From positions 1 through 43,101 of the forward strand of contig CAYXQT010000003.1 in assembly GCA_964466445.1 (NCBI GenBank): 43,101 nucleotides of DNA, read 5' to 3'. Every line of letters starts with the position of its first letter. The stretch's first letter is position 1. A program made the position numbers and the translations under genes. The notes below the pieces were generated by a model, which was not told the origin of the DNA, did no database searches, and was given only the letters and a program-made list of their open reading frames with translations. Positions 8,785-17,800 of the stretch are shown here, piece after piece. This stretch comes from an uncultured Paraprevotella sp. (GTDB taxonomy: Bacteria; Bacteroidota; Bacteroidia; Bacteroidales; Bacteroidaceae).

Positions 8785-9879
8785 ATGAGGAAGACAACGA
8801 TAATCGCGATAGGGCTCTGCGCGTGCGCCGCTTGCCCGGCGGGGGCGCAGACGGAGGAGAAGTACGAGTTCCATCCCCACGGGACCCTGCAACTGCAGGG
8901 CGGCGCGGCATACACGCTGGGCGAGGCGGACTTCGGCGACCTCGTGTCGCCCGCCTTCGCCGTGCACGGTGGCTACCGGTTCACGCCCGTGTGGGGCTTG
9001 CGGGCGGGTGTGTCCGGCTACGAATCGAAAGGGGCGTGGGTGAACCCGCTACAAGTGTACAAGTACAACTACCTGCAAGGGAACGTCGACGTGACGGTGG
9101 ACCTCGCCAACTGCTTCAGGTACAACTACAGACGGGTGGTGAACCCTTATCTGTTCCTCGGAGTGGGGCTGAACGGCGCGTTCGGCAACGACGAGGCCGT
9201 GGCGATTAACGACGCGGGACACCGCTTGGAGAACCTGTGGCGCGACAACCGCATAGGAGTGGCGGGCCGCGGCGGCATAGGCGCCGACATCCGACTGTGC
9301 GGAAGGGTCTACTTCAACATCGAGGTCAACGCCAACATGACGAGCGACAAGTACAACTCCAAGAAGGCGGAGAACCTCGACTGGGTGTTCAACGCCTTGG
9401 GCGGCCTGACCATCAAGTTGGGCAGGACGCACAGGAAAGTGGAGGCGGTGGCGCCCGTCCCGGTGACCCCGGCGCCCGAGCCGGTGAAGAAGGAGCCGGA
9501 GAAGCCGAAGAAGCCCGAACCCGTGGCGGTGGTGGAGAAGAAGCCCGAAGTGAAGGCGGAGGAATTGCGCGAGGACGTGTTCTTCAAGATAAACTCCGCC
9601 GCAATCGGCGCGTCGGAGGAAGCCAAGATAGAACGCCTTGCGGCTTACCTCGCCGCCCACCCGGAGGCGAAGGTCGAAATCTGCGGCTATGCCGACAAGG
9701 CGACGGGAAACGCCGAAATCAACAGCGGACTGTCGCGGAAACGCGCCGAGGCGGTGTCGCAGGCCTTGCAGGACAAGGACATAGACGCCGCGAGGATACG
9801 GGTGGACTACAAGGGGGACACCGTCCAGCCCTTCGACGAGGCGGTGAAGAACCGCGTGTCAATCTGCATTGCCAAATAG
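8785..9879 (+). CDS. OmpA family protein (beta-barrel, Pro-rich linker, peptidoglycan-binding domain)
   Basis: Signal peptide; PVPVTPAPEP linker; FKINSA...GYADKATG...N..LSRKRAEAV...NRV OmpA C-terminal motif. Confidence 0.93.
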   Translation: MRKTTIIAIGLCACAACPAGAQTEEKYEFHPHGTLQLQGGAAYTLGEADFGDLVSPAFAVHGGYRFTPVWGLRAGVSGYESKGAWVNPLQVYKYNYLQGNVDVTVDLANCFRYNYRRVVNPYLFLGVGLNGAFGNDEAVAINDAGHRLENLWRDNRIGVAGRGGIGADIRLCGRVYFNIEVNANMTSDKYNSKKAENLDWVFNALGGLTIKLGRTHRKVEAVAPVPVTPAPEPVKKEPEKPKKPEPVAVVEKKPEVKAEELREDVFFKINSAAIGASEEAKIERLAAYLAAHPEAKVEICGYADKATGNAEINSGLSRKRAEAVSQALQDKDIDAARIRVDYKGDTVQPFDEAVKNRVSICIAK

Positions 9880-10146
9880 CGGGGGCGTCCCGCGCCATTG
9901 CGGCCGCCGTGCGAGGCAAGGCAGGCTCCTCCCGCCCGAAAGGGAGCCTGGCCCGCGCCTCCCGCGGCGGCCTTCCTTTTTGTCGCGGTTCAAGGGGGAC
10001 GGCCGGGAACGGCAGTGGGAATGGCGGACAATCAGGTAAGCGGGAGTCCCGCGGCGGGCGGCCCGCCGGCGGGTCCCGCCTCTTGAACGGGCGGCTCAAG
10101 GCGGGATTCCAGTCCGCCTGTCCTTGGCGGGTTCCGCCGGGGCACG

Positions 10147-10198
10147 AAAAAATCACGCACGGAAGGCGTCAGCATGCGCCTGCCTCCGTGCGTGATTT
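10147..10198. terminator. Probable bidirectional terminator
   Basis: Perfect 14-bp arms AAATCACGCACGGA (10150-63) / TCCGTGCGTGATTT (10185-98) with A/T-rich flanks. Confidence 0.6.
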
Positions 10199-10252
10199 CC
10201 GTAAGGGACGGATTCGCCCCCTGCTGCGGAGAAACGGCTGTCTGTTCCAGGC

Positions 10253-10420
10253 GTGCAGAATGTTACGGATGAAGTCTTGAAACTGAACAACGGACAATTT
10301 ACGCAGGAAGTTCCTGCGCAAATTCAGGACGTGGAGAAAACCGTTTCCGCCATTTACAGGATGGGGATTAAGGAGATAGAAAAAGTAAATCCGCCGAAGA
10401 AATGGAAAGCATTCAGGTAA
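10253..10420 (+). pseudogene. Possible gene fragment or small ORF (55 aa) in lower-GC stretch
   Basis: Open frame VQNVTDEVLKLNNGQFTQEVPAQIQDVEKTVSAIYRMGIKEIEKVNPPKKWKAFR* has protein-like composition; family not recognised. Confidence 0.3.
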
Positions 10421-10583
10421 TTCGTGACATGTCCTGACATTCCACGAAATGGCCGCTTTTACCGCTCAAATTGATTTTTGGGCGGTATTTTTTATGATAT
10501 TCAGCGGCAGATGACAATTCCGGATTTATGAACGAATGCTTTTCTATAAGGTTTATAATATATCAACAGTCTTGAACAATACG

Positions 10584-10626
10584 AAAACACCCGATTTCAC
10601 ATTCTTGGGTGTAAAACCGGGTGTTT
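10584..10626 (-). terminator. Hairpin/terminator downstream of tRNA-Ser
   Basis: Minus strand AAACACCCGGTTTTACA...TGTGAAATCGGGTGTTTT. Confidence 0.6.
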
Positions 10627-10659
10627 GTTTTGCAATCTGCCGTTTTTCAGCATTTACTG

Positions 10660-10746
10660 CGGAGAAACAGGGATTCGAACCCTGGGAACGGTTACCCGTT
10701 CACCGCATTTCGAGTGCGGCCCGATCGACCACTCCGGCATCTCTCC
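10660..10746 (-). tRNA. tRNA-Ser(CGA)
   Basis: Minus strand GGAGAGA...CCGCA-CT CGA AA-TGCGG, long variable arm, T-loop TTCGAAT, ...TTTCTCCG; TAACTTTG promoter element at 10759-66. Confidence 0.96.
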
Positions 10747-11542
10747 TCGTACAAGGGACAAAGTTACATTTTTTTTGGATACGCGGACGAAAAGTCACGG
10801 AAAAAAGCGGGAAAAGGTGAAACAAAGTTCACGACAGGGGGCCGGAAGCCGTGCCGACGCACCGGTTCCCGCACTTCTCCGCCCCTCCGTCCCGGCCAAG
10901 GGCGTGGATGATGACTGCGACACGGAAAAGGGGGCGGGACTTTCCGGAGACGGAGTGTCCCGTGTCGCAAGTGCATGGACACCTGACATGGGGAGCGAGG
11001 GCACGCGGCAGTGAATCCCGCATACCGGGCTGTCCGGAACAAGCCCGCCCGCCGGAACGTCCGGGAAGTCAGAACGACACGGAAAACGCCTCTCCGCTGA
11101 CAAAATGAAAGGTTCTTGCGGAGTCCGCGAGGCACGGACGGCGGCTACGGGAGGGCATTTGGAGAGGTTTCCGCCCCGTTTCGGATACGTTTTTTTCACA
11201 TTCCGGGCGTTTTCTTAACATCCTTTCACCGAAAACGTCCGTTTTTGTGCCGAGAAAAATTTCCGTTCCTGCGGAGAAAACACTTTTTTTGTCCGCAGGA
11301 AAATCCGGAAAAGCGCGGTTTCCGGCGGAAATCCCTCCCGAAAGCGGCGGAACGGACTGCGGAGAACGCGATTTTTTCTCTATTTGGAGGAAAAACGGGC
11401 GTTGTGTCGAAGTGCCGTTTTGTCAGGCGGAACGCCCTCCGGGCTTGCGCGTCCCCCGTCCGCAAGCGCGGGGAATGGCTTTCCTCCGTCCGTTTTGATG
11501 GCAAAACTCTTTCCTGGCTGACATTCCGCTTTCTGAAAACGG

Positions 11543-11602
11543 CGCGGGAATCGCGTATTTCCCGCGCCGCCCCGACCGGCGTGCAAATACGCGATTCCCG
11601 CG
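11543..11602. repeat. Perfect 18-bp inverted repeat with 24-bp spacer
   Basis: CGCGGGAATCGCGTATTT (11543-60) / AAATACGCGATTCCCGCG (11585-602). Confidence 0.85.
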
Positions 11603-11857
11603 GGGTCGGAACTGACGTTTTGACAAGACGGCAGGCGGCGGGAACCGCGTCTTCCGGCCCGTATCGGCAAGCGTCGGAGCGGTTACTGGGGAACGTCCTG
11701 CGGCAGCGGCTTTCCCGGTACGGCCCGCACGGCCTTCGCGGACGGCGGACGAACGACGAGACGGCGGACGAACGACGAGACGGCGGCCTTGGGGAATGCC
11801 GGCGGCGCGGCGGAAGAGACCCTTCCCGTTCCGCGCCCCGCCGGGGAGGGCAAGCCC

Positions 11858-14800
11858 TCATCTCGTCAGCGAGAAGCGCAGGTTGAAGCCGAAATCCTGC
11901 GTGACGGTGGGGTACGCGCTCGAAGAGAGCAACGGCTTGTTGCGCTGGCGGTCGTAGTAGAGGCTCAGGGTGACGTAGCGGCTCATCGTGTAGTCCATGC
12001 TGAACGACGACTTGATGGCCTTGTTGCCGCTCGTGGCTTCCGACAGCGATGTCAGGATGTTGCGCGTGATGGCGTCCTGGTTGCGGAAGGAGAAGTCGAA
12101 GCGCAGGTTCAGGTCGTGGCTGATGGCGCGGCTGTTCGTCGTCGAGGAAGTCGTGTTGCGGTTCGCGTTGCGGTTGTTGGCGGCGTTCCCTTGCCTGCCG
12201 CTCCTTCCCCCCGGCGCTCTCCTCCTGCGTCGTCCGAAGAGGGAGGAGAACTTGAAGTCGCTGATTTTGTACCCCCATCCCACGACGAAGTCGTTGCTGC
12301 AAGCCTCGTTGATCTGCACCGCGGTCATGCTCAGGGTGAGGACGCGCGTCTTGCGGTATTCCGCCTTGAAGGTCATGTTGTTGTTGAGCGTGAGGTCCAG
12401 CCCCGCCAAAGGCGAGAAGGCCTCGTTGATGGAGACGGAGCTGATGTCGTACATGCTGCTCGGCACGATGGCGTTGTCCGTGGCGTTTTGTATGAATCCG
12501 AGGTCGCCCATGTACTCCATCCAGCTGCTGTACGTGTTGTAGGAGCCCACGGAGTAGACGCTCTTGTAGGAGTGGTTGAGGGTGACGCTCTTGAAATGGT
12601 CGCGTATCCAGGGCAGGTAGGCCAGCCCCTTGTAGGACACCGTCCAGTTGGGCAGCATGTGCGCCAAGGTAGGGAAGATGTCCAACGGGGAGTTGGCGTC
12701 CCCTCCGCCGGTGTAGGCGGCGAGGAAAGCCGGTATCATCACGTCCGACGAGTACTTGTCCACGGCGCCGTTGGCGGGGTCGAACTTCCCTTTCAGCCCG
12801 GTAGCCGCGGGATAGGTGGCGCCGGCGTACCGCGCTTCCACTCGGTCGCGGAACGTGTTGAGGTACTGTTGGAAGCGGGTGAAGGTCTTGCTGTCGTATC
12901 CGTTCCCGGCGTTGCCCCGGCTTTCGAAGGCGGACTTGATGGAGATGGTGGTCATGGTGAAGCTGCCGCTTTGCGTGGTGGGCATTCCCTCGTACATGTA
13001 CTGGATGCTCTTGTTTTTGTTGACGGTGCGGCTGGCGTTGAGGTCTATCTTCAGGTCGGGTATCGGTTCGAGGGTGGCTTTTATTTGGAGGTCTTCCATG
13101 GCGTTGGTGGTGGCGGGGGTGCTGATGCTGTCGTTGTCGAGCAGCCATCCGCGCCCGTCGGCTTTCCTGATGTAGCCCTCGCCGGTGAGTCCGAAGGCGA
13201 AGTCGAGCCCCGGCTGGAGCCCTCCTGCCGACCGTTGCCCCAGCATGTCGCCCACGTTGGGCAGGAATCCCGGTAGCGACATGGCGAACGTGTTGCGGTA
13301 GCTGAGGCTGACGTTTCGCACCATCATGAGGAAGCGCGTGGCGCCTTGCAGGTAGGGGTACCAGGGCTTCTCCCTTGCCGGTGTCTTGGCGATGACGTTG
13401 ACGCGCAGCTTCACGCTGTCCATGTTGAGGATGCGTATCTTGTTCTTGTCGAGTTTCTTGAACTTGATGGGATAGCGTCGTCCCTCCTCCGTCACGGCGG
13501 TGACGCGGATGCGCCGGCTCTTCTGGTTGTGCGCCAGCTCCACGGTCGTGTCCGGCCTCAGGGTTACTTCCCCGGCGAATCCCTTGAACTTCGGGTTCTT
13601 CACCTTGGCGTTGGCCGTCCCCTTGGCGTTGTCGGCGGTCTTGCCGCCGTCCTGTCCGTCCGCCGTGCTTCCGTCCGCCGCCGTGTTCCCGTCCTTGTCT
13701 TGTCCCTCCTCCTTTTCCTTCTCTTTCCGCGCCTTGGCTTTCTGGCGTTCGCGGTTGCTTTCGTCCTTGGCTTTCTTCATCTCCCCGGCCGAGAATTTCT
13801 TGTTGACTTCCCTCAGGAAAGGAGAGAAGTTGTACAGGTTCTCCAGGTTGAAGCGTCCGTTCACGGTGGCCGAACGCTGGTTGTTGATGGTGTTGCCGTA
13901 GGAAGAGCCGTCCTCCTGCTCCATGCCGCGCTCCCAGGAGTAGTTGGCGGTGTAGGTTCCGTCGAGCGAGATCCAGGAGAAGCAGGGTATCTTCTCGAGC
14001 GGCGCCTTGTAGGAGAGCGTGGCGTCCTGCTGGTAGTCGAGCGGCGTGCCGAAGCCCTTGATGCTGCGCCACACGGAGTCTTTCCAGGCATGGTACTGGT
14101 CGGCGTAGAAATCCTTGTTGACGGGGACGTTGGGTTCCTCGATTTCGGCGTGCGTGGCGGAGTTGAACGAGAAGTGCAGGTTTTTGGTCAAGTCCCATTT
14201 CAGGCTGAAGTCGCGGTTCCAGAGGAACTCCTTGGAGAAAGACAGAGGCAGCGACATGGGGTCTTCCAAGTTGTCGATGTCCCGTTCCTGGTATTCGTAG
14301 TAGTTGCGCAGGATGTTGGTGTTGAAGCTGATGTTCTGCGGGATGTAGTTGAAGCTCTGGTCGCGTATGATGTCCCACCATTTGCTTTTGCTCTTGATGC
14401 TCTTCTTGAACGGCTCGAACGGCTTGTAGACGGGCGAGTAGCTGTAGTTGAACGCGCCGTTCCAGTTCTTTTCGGTTTCCCATGCGGTGGTCTCTCCCGT
14501 CTTGTCGGTGACGCTGTGTGAGTAGCTGAAGGAGAAGTTGGCGGGGTCGTAGGGCATGGGGTGCTTGGGCGTGGCGATGTTGAACTTCACGTTGCTCAGG
14601 CTGAAGTTCTTGCTTGTGGTCTCCGTGGTGGTGAGGCTGCGCAGGGAGTCTTTCTCGTGTTCCGTGGCGCAGGCGTCGAGCGCGTCGTCGAGCAGCATGT
14701 CCGTGTCGAGGGGGTTGAACTTGGGCTTGACTACTTCCTTGCTGTAAGAGTAGTAGACGGGGGCGGTGAAGTGCAGCTTTTCGGGCAGGAGCTTGCCGAG

Positions 14801-17800
14801 CTCGAAGTTGGTGGTGATGCTGTAGTCGTAGATGTCCTCCTGGTTGCGCTCGTTCACCTTGTCCTCGATGCCTCCGAACCCCGCCGTCTCCATGTGTCCG
14901 GTCAGGTTGACGGAGCCGAGGTCGGAGAACTGTACGTTGAGCGCTCCCTGTGCGGCCCATCCTCCGTCGTTGCTGTATTCCTGGAGCCGTAGTTCGTTGG
15001 CCCACACTTCCACCGACTTGGTTTCGCGCGCGTTGTTCCGCACGCCAATCATGACGGTCTTCACCTCTCCGAGCGTGGGGTTGCCCATGACGCTCACCTT
15101 GTTGTTGGGCCGGCTGTCGTCGTAGATGGAGAAGAGGGTGGTCAGGTTGGTGTTTCCGAGGCTCTTCTCGCGGTTGCGTTCCTGCTTCACCTTGGTGAAC
15201 GCGGAGAGGTCGATGTCGAGCATGTTCTCTTCGGGCCACACGGCGCGGCACTGGTCGGCGGAGTAGGTGTCGTATCGCCCGGCGGCGGTGAGCTTCAGGG
15301 GTATCTCGTATTCGTAGAAGTTGTTCTTGTAGTCGGAGCCGACGCGCACGAAGATGCTGGTCTGGTTGTCTTCCGTGTCGGTGACGTTCTCGGCGAGGGC
15401 GTTGGCGTGGACGAACATCTGGAGGTGCTTGTACTGCCGCATGTCCAAGCTGGTGTTCTTGTACACGGCGCGCGCGTCCCCCGGTGCGAGGTTGCGGACG
15501 ACCAGCGAGAGTGCCTGCTCGTTCTCCTCCGCCAGCTGGCTTTGGGCGGGGTCCACGACGCGGCTTATGCCGGGAGGCAGCACGTAGTTGACGGGCGTCT
15601 TGTCGTTGTTCTCCTCGATGTTGACGGCGGAGATTTCCATGCTTCCGTTGACGGCGGGCATTTCTCCGGCATAGAGGTTCTGCTCGTAGGAGCGCCACTC
15701 GGCTTTCACGAGGTCGAGGGTGGCGAAGCGCAGGATGACGGGTTGCTGGAATCCCGTGAGGAACAGCCGCATGAAGCGTATGCTCGCGAAGTCGTTGATG
15801 TTGCCCACTTTCTTCTGGTACTCGTCGAGTGGGACGCGGAACTGGTACCAGTTCACCTCCTCGGTGTTCCCGTTGCGGAGCTTGACGCTCGCCGTCCGCT
15901 TGTCCACGATGTGGTTGCGCCCCACGACGAAGTCCTCCGGCCGGATGCTGACGCGGTATTGGTAGTATTTCTCGTATTCGTTGAGCGTGTAGTCCTGGTT
16001 GATGTCCTCCACGTCGGGGGTGGTCTTGTAGGACGTGTCGTAGTTCTCGTTGGCGTTCTCGTTGGAGCGCGAGTTTCCTTCGGGCAGGTTGATGCGCTTG
16101 TAGCGTTCGAGGATGCCGCGTTGTTGCGCGTCGTAGTCCGACCCGCGGAAGTAGTGGTAGTCGTCCCCGGCGGGGTCGCCCGCGAGGGAGTCGTAGACTT
16201 GCGGGTTCACCTTGCCTTGCACTGCGGTGAGGAAGTCGCGGTAGGCGTCGAACGTGCGTTCCTCCTCGCTGTTCAGTCCGTCGAGCCCGATGTCCTGCCG
16301 TTCCCTCGTCCCGGCATTGTTGTTGAAGGCGTAGACCACGCTGGTGGCGCTGGGCACCCGTCCCCATGCGGTTACCGTGTAGTAGTTGGCGTTGCCGTCG
16401 GCGGGCATGCCGCTTTCGTAGAATTTCTTCCCGTCGTGCAGTATGTCCTCGCTCACTTCTCCGAGGTCGATGTAGAAGTCGCCGCCGTAGTCGCCTGCGA
16501 GTCCGCGTGTGTAGATGAAGGGGTCGAGCAGCCAGAACTCCACGTACTCGATGTTGGCGGTCTCGAAGTCGTTGGTGTCGAGCTTGCGCATCATTCCTCC
16601 CCAGCGCGCCTTGGGGTTGTCGAGCCTTCCTTCGGGGGTCAGCACGGGGTTCAGGTTGTAGGCGCCGCGCTCGGAGGGGTAGAAGGCGAGGTTCATGACG
16701 GGGAGCGAGGCCGCCGAGTTGTAGCTTGTCTGCGTCTTGTTGGGATAAAGCTCGCGCTCGAACACCTCGCGGACGTAGTGGTTGGAGAGCTGGTCGAGGT
16801 CGCTCTTGATGTGCGCCGGGGTGAGCGAGGAGCTTTGCCGGGTGAAGAGCGGGTCGACGGTGTACCAGCTGAGCAGGGCGCGGTTGTACCCGGCTCGTAT
16901 GTCGTTTATCAGCTTGCTCTCGTCGAAGTCGGAAGGCACGCTGGAAATCATCCACGAGGCGGGCTGCATCACGCTGATGCCGTTTTTCGTGTTCTCGAAG
17001 TCGTCGATGTAGGAGGCGTTGCCCTGTATCTTCCTGTTCTGCCCGGCGATGAGCTGTGCGAACTCTCCCGTGAAGCTGATTTGCGACGGCTCGGACACGT
17101 CGATGAGCGGAATCTTGTCTATCAGTCCGGTGAGCCACTGGCTTTCCTTCTTCCACGAGAGGTTGACGCCCCAGAGCGTGTTCTTGAGGGGCTCCTCTCC
17201 CATGTTGACTTTCGTGGTGAGGGGCTGTTCGTTGAGGAACATGAACGTGCCGCCGAGTGTGAAGTCCTTGTTGACGTCGTATTCGAGGTTGAAGCCCACG
17301 AGCGTCTTGCGCTGCATGCCGTAGTTCTCGTTGCTCTCGAAGTCGACGCTGACGTTGGTGCCCGCGTCGATGATGCTCTGGTTGATGATGGTGACCACGC
17401 CCATGGAGTAGTCGACGGTGTAGTCGGTGTTCTCGGTGAGGGTCACGCCCCCGGCGGTCACGGTGACGGAGCCTTGCGGCACGTTCATGGCGCCGAGGTT
17501 GATTTCCGCCCCGTTGTTGCCCTTGTACTCTCCGGAGAGCAGGAACTTGTTCTTCTCGGCTATCTGCTTGGCCATGGTCTTCGTGGAGTCGTAGAGCGCG
17601 TCGAAGCAGTATTTCTCGGCGAGCGCGTCGTCGCCGAGGTACTGGCGCAGGTGGCTTCCGAACGGTTCCGCCACGGGGAAGTAGATGCGCCCCTTGTTGA
17701 TGGTGTACCCCTCCACGTAGTCGAACTGCCCGTTCGGGTTGGGTCGGTTGTTGGCGTCCAGCCGGTCGAGGTTCATCACCTTCAATATCTTGGTGTCCTT

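Noticed and set aside
9880-10146. GC-rich hairpin cluster after ompA as an ncRNA
   Set aside because: Short stems are expected at this GC content; no promoter or family motif.
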